DNA of 32,000 bases from contig NC_003902.1 in NCBI RefSeq assembly GCF_000007145.1, positions 2,306,497 through 2,338,496 on the forward strand, in the 5' to 3' direction. Under the pieces are notes generated by a model, which was not told where the DNA came from, searched no databases, and saw only the letters and a list, made by a program, of their open reading frames with translations. The position numbers were made by a program, and so were the translations under genes. Positions 1 through 11,800 of this stretch are shown in pieces (within the stretch, counting starts at the first letter, position 1; each line of letters starts with the position of its first letter). The DNA comes from Xanthomonas campestris pv. campestris str. ATCC 33913 (GTDB lineage Bacteria > Pseudomonadota > Gammaproteobacteria > Xanthomonadales > Xanthomonadaceae).

Positions 1-22
1 AAAAAGCGGCACTTGGCCGCTT
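1..22 (-). terminator. Rho-independent terminator downstream of infA
   Basis: The minus-strand reading of 1-24 is CGAAGCGGCCAAGTGCCGCTTTTT. This gives a 7-bp stem AAGCGGC/GCCGCTT, a 5-nt loop and a T-run that reaches the window edge. It lies 22 nt after the infA stop. Confidence 0.6.
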
Positions 23-44
23 CGCGTCTTGATACCAGAACCGC

Positions 45-263
45 TTACTTCATGCGGTAGGTAATACGGCCCTTGGTGAGGTCGTACGGCGTCATCTCAA
101 CTTTGACACGGTCGCCGGTGAGGATGCGGATGTAGTTCTTGCGCATACGGCCGGAGATGTGGGCGATGATTTCATACCCGTTTTCCAGCTTGACCCGGAA
201 CGTGGTGTTGGGGAGCGTCTCGCTGACGCTGCCTTCGAATTCAATGGAGTCGTCTTTCGACAT
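45..263 (-). CDS. infA: Translation initiation factor IF-1
   Basis: The 72-aa product [72 protein letters not shown] is canonical S1-fold IF-1. I trimmed the track ORF (45..281) to the ATG at 263 because the six extra N-terminal residues are not part of IF-1. Confidence 0.95.
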   Translation of the reverse strand: MSKDDSIEFEGSVSETLPNTTFRVKLENGYEIIAHISGRMRKNYIRILTGDRVKVEMTPYDLTKGRITYRMK

Positions 264-343
264 GTAATCCTGTGCAATCACGGTTGGCCCGGCAGGGCCG
301 TAAGGGACAGCATTTTACGCTCCATCTCGCCGAGGCGCAAATT

Positions 344-1093
344 TTATGTTAAGCGGACTCCTGCAAGCGCGCTTGCGTGCCGTTCGCCATAGCGTTGCGT
401 CCAGCTGCCAGGTGGCTCGGGCAATGCGACCTGGGTGGCTACGTGCTGCAGGAACTGCTCGCGTTGCAGGCGTTGTGCGCCCAGGCGCATCAGGTGCGGG
501 TTTTCCACCTGTGCATCGATCAGTGGCCAGCCGAGGCCATGCAGTTCGGCGGCGAGCGCTGCCAGTGCAATCTTGGAGCCGCCACTGGCGCCGCTGAACA
601 TGCTTTCGCCGAAGAACATCTGGCCGATCGCAACCCCATAGATGCCGCCCACCAGACGCGCGCCGTCAAACACTTCCACTGAATGCGCGTATCCGCGTCT
701 GTGCAGGTCCAGGTAGGCCTCCTGCATCTGGTCGGTAATCCAGGTGCCGTCCTGGCCAGGGCGCGGACTCAACGCGCAGGCGGCGATGACCTGCGCAAAT
801 GCGGTGTCGGCGCGCAGGGTCCAGGTGCACGTGCGCAGCTGCCGCCTGAAGCGGGACGACAAGTGGATGGCGTCGGTGCGAAACACGGTGCGCGGGTTCG
901 GGCTCCACCACAGCAGCGGTTGGCCGTCGGAGAACCAGGGAAAGATTCCGTGCGCGTAGGCGTTGAGTAGCCGCTGCGGGTGCAGGTCGCCGCCGATGGC
1001 GAGCAGCCCATCGGGCTCGCGCAAGGCGTGCTCGGCGGGTGGGAACGGGCTTGCAGGATCCGATGACAACAGATGGGGCAGGGTGCGCGACAT
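344..1093 (-). CDS. aat: Leucyl/phenylalanyl-tRNA--protein transferase
   Basis: The 249-aa product carries LLAIGGDL..LLNAYAHGIFPWF..PLLWWSPNPR..GESMFS motifs typical of the L/F-transferase family. It sits next to infA, as in other gammaproteobacteria. Confidence 0.9.
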   Translation of the reverse strand: MSRTLPHLLSSDPASPFPPAEHALREPDGLLAIGGDLHPQRLLNAYAHGIFPWFSDGQPLLWWSPNPRTVFRTDAIHLSSRFRRQLRTCTWTLRADTAFAQVIAACALSPRPGQDGTWITDQMQEAYLDLHRRGYAHSVEVFDGARLVGGIYGVAIGQMFFGESMFSGASGGSKIALAALAAELHGLGWPLIDAQVENPHLMRLGAQRLQREQFLQHVATQVALPEPPGSWTQRYGERHASALAGVRLT

Positions 1094-1134
1094 GCGCAGA
1101 GTCTAGCGGCGCGGTCTGCGCTGCGGCGACGTCG

Positions 1135-2253
1135 TCAGTCGCGGAACGGGCTGTGGTCGGCCAGCTCGACGGCATGCTGGGCCACGGCGGCGCGCTCATC
1201 GGCGCACCACTGCGCCAGCGGCTCACGGAAGCCGGGGTCGGCAATCCAGTGGCGGCTGCGCACCAGGGTGGGCAGGAAGCCGCGCGCAATCTTGTGTTGC
1301 CCCTGGGCGCCGGGTTCGAAGCGGGTCAGGCCTTCGCGCAGGCAATACTCGATGCCCTGGTAGTAGCAGGTTTCAAAATGCAGGCCAGGCAGTGCTTCGC
1401 CGCCCCAGTAGCGGCCGTACAGGGTGTCGCCGCCGCGTAGGCATAGCGCCCCGGCGATGGGTTGCCCGTCCAGCTCGGCCAGGAACATCACCAGCTGCCG
1501 CGGCAGGTGCTGCGCCAGGTGCTGCAGGAATTCGGGCGTTAGCGCGGGGGAGTTGCCGTATTCCTCGAAGGTCTTGAGGTAGAAGCCGTACATGGCCTGC
1601 AGCTCGTCCGCACTAGCCTCGTCACCATGCAGCACACGAAAACGCACCCCGGCGCGCTGCACCTTGGCGCGCTCCTGGCGGATGTTCTTGCGGTGCTTGT
1701 GGTTCATCGCGCCCAAGTAGGCCTCGAAGTCGGCCCAGCCGGTCGCGTTGTGCCAGTGGTATTGCAGGTCGTTGCGCTCCAGCCACTCTGCGGTGAATGC
1801 CGCGTCCTCGTTGGCGGGATAGAAATTGACGTGCGCAGACGACAGGCTGGCGCTTTCCACCAGCGTGCGCATGCCGTCGAGCAGGTGCGTATGCCAGCGC
1901 GGGTCGCCCAGCAGGCGGGGGCCGGTCACCGGCGAGTACGGCACCCCGCACAGCCACTTGGGGAAGTAGTTTTGGCCGTAGCGGGCATAGGCATGTGCCC
2001 AGGCGTGGTCGAACACGAACTCGCCATGGGAGTTGTTCTTGAGGTAGCCCGGGGCAGCGGCGACCAGGGCGTCGCCGTCCCATAACGTCAGGTGCAGTGC
2101 CTGCCAGCCCCAGTCCGGGCGAAGGCAGCCTTCGCGCTCCATGCCTTCGAGGAAGGCGTAGGAAACGAAGGGGTGCGCGCCGTCATGCAGGCTGTCCCAG
2201 GCGCCGGCAGGTATCTCCGCAAGCTGGCGGCACCAGCGCGCAGTCACGCTCAC
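1135..2253 (-). CDS. FemAB-like / GNAT-fold N-acyltransferase family protein (COG3146, DUF482-type)
   Basis: The 372-aa product has a GTG start. The motif string HPFVSYAFLEGMEREGC..GW..HL..PGYLKNNSHGEFVFDHAWAHAYARYGQNYFPKW..VPYSPVTGPRLL matches my recollection of the PF04339 FemAB-like family. The family call is from memory, not from a search. Confidence 0.7.
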   Translation of the reverse strand: MSVTARWCRQLAEIPAGAWDSLHDGAHPFVSYAFLEGMEREGCLRPDWGWQALHLTLWDGDALVAAAPGYLKNNSHGEFVFDHAWAHAYARYGQNYFPKWLCGVPYSPVTGPRLLGDPRWHTHLLDGMRTLVESASLSSAHVNFYPANEDAAFTAEWLERNDLQYHWHNATGWADFEAYLGAMNHKHRKNIRQERAKVQRAGVRFRVLHGDEASADELQAMYGFYLKTFEEYGNSPALTPEFLQHLAQHLPRQLVMFLAELDGQPIAGALCLRGGDTLYGRYWGGEALPGLHFETCYYQGIEYCLREGLTRFEPGAQGQHKIARGFLPTLVRSRHWIADPGFREPLAQWCADERAAVAQHAVELADHSPFRD

Positions 2254-2310
2254 GCCGCTGCCCCTCTAGCGCAAGGGGCCTGCGGGTGGGGCCGTCGCCC
2301 AGCCATCACC

Positions 2311-3411
<1,101 letters not shown>

Positions 3412-3432
3412 TCATCCCCATTCGCGCTTTCG

Positions 3433-3455
3433 ACGCCGCCCTGTGCGGCGTTTTT
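3433..3455 (+). terminator. Orphan intrinsic-terminator-like hairpin in the trxB-ftsK intergenic region
   Basis: ACGCCGC-CCTGT-GCGGCGT followed by TTTT gives a 7-bp GC-rich stem and a 5-nt loop, with the T-run on the + strand only. No + strand gene lies upstream of it. Confidence 0.4.
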
Positions 3456-3564
3456 CGTTGGCTGCGGCGTAGGTTGCTGGCGATCCGATGCGTGGCTGCT
3501 GAAACTGTGCACTCAGTCGTTTATTATCAACCACTAACAGCATTTTTCTAAGGTCTGGCTACAG

Positions 3565-5922
3565 GTGGCAAAGCAGGTTCCCGAACGCAGCAAGCCCGCA
3601 GAGGGCAAGTCGTCGTCGCGCAAGCCGGCGGCCGCGGACACTCCCCGTCGGCAGAAGCTCTGGCGCGATCTGGCGCTGATCGCGGTTGCGCCGCTGTTGC
3701 TGTACCTGTTGGCGAGCCTGTTCACCTATTCGGCGGCGGACCCGGGCTGGTCGCAGACCGGCAGCGTGGTCGCACCGGTGCACAACATGGGCGGCCGGGT
3801 AGGCGCCTGGATTGCCGATGTGCTGCTGCAGCTGTTTGGCTACGTGGCCTTCCTATTGCCGGTGGTGCTGGGCGCAGTGGCCTGGATCGCCTTGTTCGGC
3901 ATGGACAAGGAAGGGCAGGCCGAGGCCGACCTGGGCCCGGCCTTGCGCCTGGTCGGCATGGTCGGCTTCCTGATTGCCTCGACCGGCTTCCTGCACCTGC
4001 GCCTGTTCAATGGCGACGTGGCTGGCGCGGGCGGCATCCTGGGCCGGCTGGTGAGCAATTCGCTCAGCGCCGGGTTCGGTGCGCTGGGGGCGAACCTGTT
4101 CGTGGTGGTGCTGCTGCTGGTGTCGATCACGCTGGCGACCGGGTTGTCGTGGTTCGTGGTGATGGAGCGCATCGGCAAGTGGGTGCTGGCGCTGGGACCG
4201 TTGCTGCAGCGCAAGTCGCATCAGGCGACCGAGTGGCAGCAGACCCGCGTGATGCGCGAAGAACGCGAAGAAGTGCGCAAGGTCGATGCGGTCAAGCAGG
4301 CCAAGCGCGAGCCGGTCAAGATCGAGCCGCCGCCGGCACCGGTGGTGGAAAAGAGCGAGCGCGCCAAGCGCGATACCCAGATCCCGATGTTCCAGGGCGT
4401 CAGCACTGACGGCTCGGATCTGCCGCCGCTCGCGCTGCTGGACGACCCCAAGCCGCAGGCCAAGGGGTATTCGGAAGAGACGCTGGAAACGCTGTCGCGG
4501 CAGATCGAATTCAAGCTCAAGGATTTCCGCATCGAGGCGCAGGTGGTCGGTGCGTATCCGGGCCCGGTGATTACCCGGTTCGAGATCGAGCCCGCGCCCG
4601 GCGTAAAGGTCAGCCAGATCAGTTCGCTGGACAAGGACATCGCACGCGGGTTGTCGGTGAAGTCGGTGCGCGTGGTGGACGTGATTCCGGGCAAGTCGGT
4701 GGTGGGGTTGGAGATCCCCAACGTCACTCGCGAAATGATCTTCCTGTCCGAGTTGCTGCGCTCCAAGGAATACGACAAGTCGGCCAGCCCGCTGACGCTG
4801 GCCCTGGGCAAGGACATCGCCGGCCGCCCGACGGTCGCCGATCTGGCGCGCATGCCGCACTTGCTGGTGGCCGGTACCACTGGTTCGGGCAAGTCGGTGG
4901 CGGTCAACGCGATGGTGCTGAGCCTGCTGTTCAAGGCCTCGCACAAGGAACTGCGGATGCTGATGATCGACCCGAAGATGCTCGAACTGAGCGTCTATCA
5001 GGGCATCCCGCATCTGCTGGCGCCGGTGGTCACAGACATGAAGGAGGCCGCCAACGGCCTGCGCTGGTGCGTGGCCGAGATGGAGCGCCGCTACAAACTG
5101 ATGAGCGCGGTGGGCGTGCGCAACCTGGCCGGCTTCAACAAGAAGGTCAAGGATGCCGAGGACGCCGGCCAGCCGATGATGGACCCGCTGTTCAAGCCGA
5201 ACCCGGAACTGGGTGAAGCGCCGCGGCCGCTGGAAACGCTGCCGTTCATTGTCATCTTCATCGACGAATTCGCCGACATGATGATGATCGTCGGCAAGAA
5301 GGTCGAAGAGCTCATTGCGCGCCTGGCACAGAAGGCACGTGCGGCCGGCATCCACCTCATTCTGGCCACCCAACGCCCGTCCGTGGATGTGATCACCGGC
5401 CTGATCAAGGCCAATATCCCGACCCGCGTGGCGTTCCAGGTCAGCTCCAAGATCGACTCGCGCACCATCCTGGATCAGTCCGGTGCAGAAGCGCTGCTGG
5501 GCAACGGCGACATGCTGTACCTGCCGCCGGGCACAGCGTTGCCGGACCGCGTGCATGGCGCCTTCGTCAGCGACGAAGAAGTGCATCGGGTGGTCGAGCA
5601 TCTCAAGGCCAGCGGGCCAGTGGCGTATGTGGACGGCGTGCTGGACGAAGTGCAGACCATGGGCGATGGCACCGTGGTTGGCGCGACCGGGTTGCCGGAA
5701 AGCAGTGGCGGCGGTGGCGACGAATCCGACCCGCTGTACGACGAGGCACTGCGCATCGTTACCGAGACCCGGCGCGCGTCCATTTCGGGCGTGCAACGTC
5801 GCTTGAAGATCGGCTACAACCGCGCTGCGCGGTTGATCGAGGCGATGGAGGCGGCGGGCGTGGTCAGCCCGCCCGAACACAACGGCGACCGCACCGTGCT
5901 GGCGCCGCCACCGCCCAAGTGA
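3565..5922 (+). CDS. ftsK: DNA translocase FtsK
   Basis: The 785-aa product has N-terminal transmembrane helices and a charged linker. Its motor domain carries Walker A GTTGSGKS and Walker [13 protein letters not shown]. The C-terminal gamma winged helix reads [30 protein letters not shown]. The start is a GTG; the first in-frame ATG lies after TM1. Confidence 0.95.
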   Translation: MAKQVPERSKPAEGKSSSRKPAAADTPRRQKLWRDLALIAVAPLLLYLLASLFTYSAADPGWSQTGSVVAPVHNMGGRVGAWIADVLLQLFGYVAFLLPVVLGAVAWIALFGMDKEGQAEADLGPALRLVGMVGFLIASTGFLHLRLFNGDVAGAGGILGRLVSNSLSAGFGALGANLFVVVLLLVSITLATGLSWFVVMERIGKWVLALGPLLQRKSHQATEWQQTRVMREEREEVRKVDAVKQAKREPVKIEPPPAPVVEKSERAKRDTQIPMFQGVSTDGSDLPPLALLDDPKPQAKGYSEETLETLSRQIEFKLKDFRIEAQVVGAYPGPVITRFEIEPAPGVKVSQISSLDKDIARGLSVKSVRVVDVIPGKSVVGLEIPNVTREMIFLSELLRSKEYDKSASPLTLALGKDIAGRPTVADLARMPHLLVAGTTGSGKSVAVNAMVLSLLFKASHKELRMLMIDPKMLELSVYQGIPHLLAPVVTDMKEAANGLRWCVAEMERRYKLMSAVGVRNLAGFNKKVKDAEDAGQPMMDPLFKPNPELGEAPRPLETLPFIVIFIDEFADMMMIVGKKVEELIARLAQKARAAGIHLILATQRPSVDVITGLIKANIPTRVAFQVSSKIDSRTILDQSGAEALLGNGDMLYLPPGTALPDRVHGAFVSDEEVHRVVEHLKASGPVAYVDGVLDEVQTMGDGTVVGATGLPESSGGGGDESDPLYDEALRIVTETRRASISGVQRRLKIGYNRAARLIEAMEAAGVVSPPEHNGDRTVLAPPPPK

Positions 5923-6083
5923 GTGCCTGCGGTATCGGTGCACGCTGCCACTGGTGCGTTTTCGATTCAGGAACCTCGCCGCGTGCAGCAATGCGGCATT
6001 GTTGGAAGTCCGTGCCTGTCATTGCCGGGCACAACGGCTACCCTGTGAGTGAGGGCCGCTCCGGCCTGCCGCGACCGAGACCC

Positions 6084-8012
6084 ATGTTGGATCGTCCCTT
6101 GTTGTTGTTCGTGCTGTTTCTCTGCGTACCGTTGCTCGCCCAGGCGCAGGCCCAGCAACGGCCAGCGCCCACTGCTGCGGCACGCACGCAGGCCGACACC
6201 AACTACAGCTTCGTGCGCTATCGCGCTGATTACGAAGTGCGCGCCGACGCCAGCAGCGTGGAGACCGACGAGTACGAGATCCTGCTCAAGACAAAGTCGG
6301 CGGTGGAGCAGTTCAGTCAGGTCCGACTGAGCTACAGCGAGAAGATGGAAACGCTGGACGTGCTGCAGGCGTATACCGTCACGGCCGAAGGGCTGCGCCA
6401 GGATGTGGCGGCCGACAAGATCTACACCCAGGAAAGCTATTCCAGCGCCTCGGCGGCGATGTATGCCGACCGCAAGGTCAAGGTCGTGGTATTCCCGAAT
6501 CTGGCGCCGGGCGCGCGCATCGTCTACCGGGTGCGGCGGGCGCAGAACACACCGTATTTCCCAGGCTATTTTAGTTTGTGGGAGACCTTCAGCGTGTTCG
6601 CGCAGTACGACGATGCGGTCGTCACGCTAGTGGCACCGAAGTCGCTGCCGATGCATCTTTCCACACGCGGGCTGCAGGGCAGTAACAAGCCGGTAGTGCG
6701 TGGCGACCAAGCGCGCTGGGAGTGGCGCTACCAGCGTACCGCGCCGATGAAAAACCAGAACTGGAGCGCGGCGACCTGGGAGTTCAGCCCCACCTTGATG
6801 GCCAGCACCTTCGATAGCTGGTCGCAGATGGGCCTGGCGTATCACGTCAAGGGCGGGCGCGCTGCCGCGGTGACGCCGGCGATCCAGGCGCTGGCCGATG
6901 AAGTGACCCGCGGTATCGACGCTCCGCGTGCGCAGGCAGCTGCGCTGTACGCCTGGGTCGCGCGGAATATTCGCTATGTGGCGGTGTATCTGGGCAATGG
7001 CGGGCTGGAACCCAACAGCGCCGATAGCATCCTGGCTAACCACTATGGCGATTGCAAAGACCACACCGTGATCCTGGAAGCTCTGCTTGCAGCCAAGGGC
7101 ATCGCCAGCACGCCGGTGCTGATCGGCGCCGAGGGCGGCCCGACACTGCCTGAAATTCCGGTGCTGGGCCGCTTCAATCACGCCATCACCTACATCCCTG
7201 CATTCGATCTGTATGTCGATTCGACCAACCCGTACGCGCGCTTCGGCCAGTTGCCGGCCGGCGATCTCGGCGCGCCGGTGGTGCATACGCGCGACGGCAA
7301 GGTCACGCAGACGCCGCCGAACGACCGCAAGGTCAATCGCTACGTCGCGCGCACCGACTACCGCTTCACGCCCCAGGGCGGCCTGCAGGGCATGACCACG
7401 CTCGACAGCGGGCAGACCGGCGAAGTGGGCTTGCGCGCGATGTTCGTGCAGCTCAATGCGCAGAATCGCAACCGGATCGAAGAGTCGATCCTTGCCCAGT
7501 CCGGTTTCGACGGCACCGGCGATCTGCTGATCCAGGGCGACCCGCTGGATCTGGATGCGCCCTTCAATTATCGCTACAGCTTCCTGGCGAAGGATGCGGT
7601 GGATTTTTCGGTGGTCGGCGGAATGACCTTGCCGGACATGCCCGGTGCCGAATCGATCCGCGCGATCTACACCACCACCTCGGCCGAAGACAATCTGACC
7701 CCGTTCTACTGCAACGACAGCGTACGCGAAGAGACCTATGTGGTGACTTTCCCCAGCACGGTGCCGATCATTGCGATCCCGCGTAGCAGCACCTTTCGCA
7801 ATGCCGCTGGCGAATACGTGGTCGACTGGACACGCGATGGGCAGACGGTGACCGCCGTGCATCGCCTGCAGCGTGCGGCCGTGCGTGGCCCGCAGGCGTT
7901 GTGCCAGCCACAGGATTACCGTGCGTTTCGCCAGTTGTACCAGCAGGTGCGGCGCGGCTTTCGCGGGCAGATCGTGTACGGCGATTTGTCCAAGGTGCAT
8001 ACCGCGCACTGA
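6084..8012 (+). CDS. Secreted DUF3857 / transglutaminase-like domain protein
   Basis: The signal peptide is MLDRPLLLFVLFLCVPLLAQAQA. The transglutaminase-core Cys motif is NHYGDCKDHTVILEALLAAKGI. I trimmed the start from 5919 to the ATG at 6084, which begins the signal peptide. Confidence 0.8.
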   Translation: MLDRPLLLFVLFLCVPLLAQAQAQQRPAPTAAARTQADTNYSFVRYRADYEVRADASSVETDEYEILLKTKSAVEQFSQVRLSYSEKMETLDVLQAYTVTAEGLRQDVAADKIYTQESYSSASAAMYADRKVKVVVFPNLAPGARIVYRVRRAQNTPYFPGYFSLWETFSVFAQYDDAVVTLVAPKSLPMHLSTRGLQGSNKPVVRGDQARWEWRYQRTAPMKNQNWSAATWEFSPTLMASTFDSWSQMGLAYHVKGGRAAAVTPAIQALADEVTRGIDAPRAQAAALYAWVARNIRYVAVYLGNGGLEPNSADSILANHYGDCKDHTVILEALLAAKGIASTPVLIGAEGGPTLPEIPVLGRFNHAITYIPAFDLYVDSTNPYARFGQLPAGDLGAPVVHTRDGKVTQTPPNDRKVNRYVARTDYRFTPQGGLQGMTTLDSGQTGEVGLRAMFVQLNAQNRNRIEESILAQSGFDGTGDLLIQGDPLDLDAPFNYRYSFLAKDAVDFSVVGGMTLPDMPGAESIRAIYTTTSAEDNLTPFYCNDSVREETYVVTFPSTVPIIAIPRSSTFRNAAGEYVVDWTRDGQTVTAVHRLQRAAVRGPQALCQPQDYRAFRQLYQQVRRGFRGQIVYGDLSKVHTAH

Positions 8013-8118
8013 GCCGGATCGCCGCGCAAGCGCCGCCATCTGAACATGTCGTGCAATAGCGCTCGCCCATTCATCTATGAAGCATCAGAATCGACGCATG
8101 TCCTTTTGGAAGACCGCG

Positions 8119-8748
8119 ATGCATCGCCAGCTCCGTTATGCCGTCCTTGCCACTGCTCTGTTCGCCAGTACCGCCTTTGCCGGTGCGCGCCAGGAGCTGG
8201 ACACCTTCACGCGTGGCTTGAAGGGGCTGGATGGACAGTTCAGCCAGCGCGTGACCGACGCGAATGGTCGGGTCAAGGAAAATTCAAGCGGGCGGGTTGC
8301 GTTGGCAACACCGCGCCAGTTCCGTTGGGAATATGCCAAGCCCTACAAGCAGTTGATCGTGGCCGATGGCAAGAAGGTCTGGGTGTTCGACCCCGATCTG
8401 GAGCAGGTCACCGTGCGCGCACAAGGCAGCGAAGAACAGAACAGCCCGCTGGTGGCATTGATCGATCCGACGCGCCTGGACAAGCAGTACGACGTCAGCG
8501 AAGAAGCCGCGCCGCGCGATGGGCTGCAGTGGTTGTCGTTGACGCCCAAGGTCGACACCGACGCCAGCTTCCAGATGGCCTCGCTGGGGTTCGGCAAGGA
8601 CGGCCTGGCCAAGATGGAAGTCGTGGATGCAGTCGGCCAGCGCACCGCGATCAGCTTCAGCGGGTGGAAGCGCAACCCCGCATTCGCGGCCGACACTTTC
8701 CGTTACACCCCGGGCAAGGGCGTGGATGTGGTGGGCGACGCGCAGTAG
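8119..8748 (+). CDS. lolA: Outer-membrane lipoprotein carrier protein LolA
   Basis: The signal peptide is MHRQLRYAVLATALFASTAFAG, followed by the LolA-type F.Q........G....W.Y..PY.Q.IVADGKKVW.FDPDLEQV pattern. It lies downstream of ftsK, as in enterics. The track start at 8077 is possible but leaves no signal peptide at the N-terminus. Confidence 0.9.
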   Translation: MHRQLRYAVLATALFASTAFAGARQELDTFTRGLKGLDGQFSQRVTDANGRVKENSSGRVALATPRQFRWEYAKPYKQLIVADGKKVWVFDPDLEQVTVRAQGSEEQNSPLVALIDPTRLDKQYDVSEEAAPRDGLQWLSLTPKVDTDASFQMASLGFGKDGLAKMEVVDAVGQRTAISFSGWKRNPAFAADTFRYTPGKGVDVVGDAQ

Positions 8749-8866
8749 ATGCGTCTGCGGACGCACGGGATGAAGGCAAGGTGCAACGATCGGTTGTGCC
8801 TGCGAGGGGCGCAGCCGTCACCGTGACCTGGCGGAGACCCCACCCCTCGGGGCCACGCCTGCAGAG

Positions 8867-11800
8867 CTAGGGGACTGGCTCGTACGGGATCCATTGACCG
8901 ACCGTCCGCATCGCCTCCGCCGCTTGGTTGGTCTGGCGTTTGACGAAGAAGTCGATGCCACGCTCGCGCTGGCGCTTGCCTTTTTCGCGCAGGATCAGGA
9001 TGGTCGGTTCCCAGATGCCTGGGTGGCTGATCAGGTCATCGAAGGCGCGATCTGCTTCCACTGCTTGCGCTTCGCATCCGGCGACCCGTAATAGCTGGGC
9101 CTGTGCGCGCAATGCGTCCAGGCGCGGTGCAGCCTCTGCCTGTAACACCCAGTCCACGATCATCGAGGCGAACTTGTTGTCTTGCATATGGAGGCGGACC
9201 CGGTCGACGAAGTCCTGCAATTGGCGCTCGGCCACCATGTAGACCCGCTGGTCGTCGACCTTGCCTTGCAGTTTGGAGATTCCATAGTGCGTCCATAACT
9301 GCCAGTTGCGTTTCACTTCGCGTTCGAATGAGGCGAAGTCGAAGAATTCGAAGCCACGATCCGTGCGCACAGGGTCGATTTCGTTGTTGAACATCCACAA
9401 GGTGGAGAACGTATTGCTGCCGGCCGAATGCAGTTCTCTGCTATAGCCGAGATCGAGCGTGGCCATGGACAGCCGCGCCACTGGCGTGGGCGGCGCATTG
9501 CCAATGCTTGGGTGCGTCCACTGCTGAGCGACGACACTGGCCGATGCGCGGCCTGCGAGCTCTACCCTGGATTGCGCGCTCGAATCCTTCAGTACCATCG
9601 TCATGTAGCCTTCGATCGGCGTCTGCGAACGGGAGGTTTCCCGGCGCGCTTTTAAGCCGAGCGAAGCCCCCAGGGTGGCCCGACGCGGTTTGCCATCCAT
9701 GTTTCCCACGCGTACGCCCGCAGCGACGCTGAGGCTGGACTCGGTGGCCGAAGCGTTGCGCTCGGCATGGCCGATCAAGCCAACGGTGATGCTGGGGTGA
9801 TGCGCCAGTAGCTCCCCCAGAAAGTCGCGCTCGGTCAGCTGGCCTGCATCGCCGCCGGATTGCTCGGCGAGCTGCAGCAGGTGTTCAAACATGGCCAGGA
9901 ATTGCGCGCGCTGCTCCAGCTCCTGGCCCTTTCCCCGCCGTGGTACGCGGATCTGCACGCCATGCTCGATGCTCGATTCCTTTTTCATGCGCCACTCGGC
10001 TGCGCCCGTGATACCCACCGGCGCGCGTTCGGTGCCCGGCAGCAGCACGCCCGCGCTAATGCCCGTACTGGCGTTGAACTGCCGCGCCTTCTGCCGCCCG
10101 ATCTGCAGCGACAGCCCGGTGCGTCCCATGTAAATCTCCACCGAGCGATCGGAACTGGTCTGACCGCCCGCGGAGAGTTTCAGTCCCAGGCCGCTGGGGA
10201 TGATCGCAAGCGCGGCCGATAGCGGCGTCGTATTGAGTCCGATCACACGTTGTTCGGTAATACGCAGCTTGTCGCGCCATTCCAGCCGTTCCATCAGGTT
10301 GCGCAGGCATTCGAATAGCGCGCGGGGCGACCTGACGCGGGACGTGTCGCCCTCATGCAGAAAGCGGCTGGCATGACCAACGGCCTGATGGAAGTGGTTG
10401 CGTGCGACCGACGCCAGTTCTTCATCCAAGGGCGCTGCACCGATCGGCATGTCGGTCGGCTGTCCGGCGTGGTCGAGCAGGCCGCGTTGGATCAGGCGCA
10501 GCGTTTCCGGCAGACGCATGCGGCCCGCGCGTAATGCGACCCAGGCGGATGCGATCGCCGGATGGCACGCCGCCGGCTGCAGATCGTCGCTCTCGCTCGC
10601 GGAGGCGGCCACCGAGCGCTGAAGCTCCTGGGCGCGCCGCTCGATCGTGCCCAGTACCTTGGCAGTGAAGGTCAGGTCGGTCGCGTTCTGCTCGTGTGGT
10701 AGCCAGTGCGCGTATTCCGACAGTGCCTGCATCGCCAGCTCGTCCTGTGACGGCATTCGCCCGCCCGCCAGCTGGATCTGGCGGCGCGCGACGAGCCAGC
10801 TGGTCAAGTGGCCGGCCGCCTCGCGAAAAGCATCGTTGGCACGCCGCACAGCGGTGGGAAGCGCTTCGGAGGCGCCGACCTTCATTCCCAGTGCGAGCGC
10901 GTTGAAGGGGTTGAGGTCGCTATTGCCCCGCCTTCTGCTGCCTGCTACCGCCCATTGCGCAAACATCTGCAGGCATGCGTTGACGCGCGCATAGGGTGAA
11001 CCTGTCCGGGTGGTTTCGTAGCCATTGCGGAACGCATGAAATGCGCCGCGCTGGGCATCGGTTGCAGACTGCAGGCCCTGGAGCGGCGAAGCGCCGTGCA
11101 CGGCATGGCGCGCTCCCATTTGCGCATCGCCCAGCCAGGTGCGTTCAGCCTGTTCTGCGTCCTGCGTCAGTGCAAGCCGGTGGCTGGCACGCAGATGGAC
11201 CTGCGCCGCCTCCAACCATTCCCGGGAGGCAGGCGTGGGTTCTTCGCGCAGCATGTGCGAAAGCACCTGCATGCCGCGCGGCACGCTGGCCAGCAGGCCG
11301 ACGCAGGCGGTGACGGTCTCCATTGGCGGGACCGCCTCGGCAGCGATGGAGACCTGCGGCGGCGGAATTAGCTCACGCATCCGCACGACGCTCAGGCGTT
11401 GCAGTGCGTTGGCCGCCGCCGTGGCATCGCCCCCGCTGGCGATCGATAAGGCCTGCAGGGCGATGCGCAACGCGTCGACCGGCTGCAGGGCCTCGGTCCC
11501 GAACGCAGCGCTGCGAGCATGCAGGCCATCAGCCCAGACGCGCAGAACCTGTCGACTCACGGGGTCGAGCGTTTCCTCGCGAAAGCCGGGAAGCACGTCG
11601 AGCAGTGTCTGCATGGTGTCGGCGACGATATCGGAAGCTACGGGCCGGGCCTCATCTGCCGGCAGCTGCGCGGCTGCATGTTCCACTCCGCGCTGCATGT
11701 CGCCGTCCGCTGCTTCCAGCACGCTGACGGTCTGTTCCTGCTGCCACAACTCCTCGGTGTTGATCCGCGACGAATGCCGCGCCTGCTCCAGTTTTGCGTC

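Noticed and set aside
2254-2310. Hairpin GCCCCT-N8-AGGGGC between the trxB stop and the FemAB-like gene start, considered as a trxB terminator.
   Set aside because: It has a short 6-bp stem and no U-tract on the minus strand. The spacer is only 57 bp, so co-transcription is equally likely. The evidence is too weak to call a feature.
3853-5991. A 712-aa minus-strand ORF lies antisense to ftsK. Similar long antisense or alternate-frame ORFs occur at 6627..8039, 17727..19418, 20895..22667, 24840..26288, 26143..27177, 27779..28876 and 11139..12041.
   Set aside because: Each fully overlaps a gene with clear family motifs on the other strand or in another frame. Their translations are Arg/Ala/Gly/Pro/His-rich low-complexity strings without motifs. 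This is the expected stop-codon-poor artefact of DNA at about 65% GC.
8046-8870. A 274-aa + strand ORF overlaps lolA in another frame.
   Set aside because: The LolA frame has a signal peptide and family motifs. The alternative frame is Arg/Gly/Ala-rich with no features.
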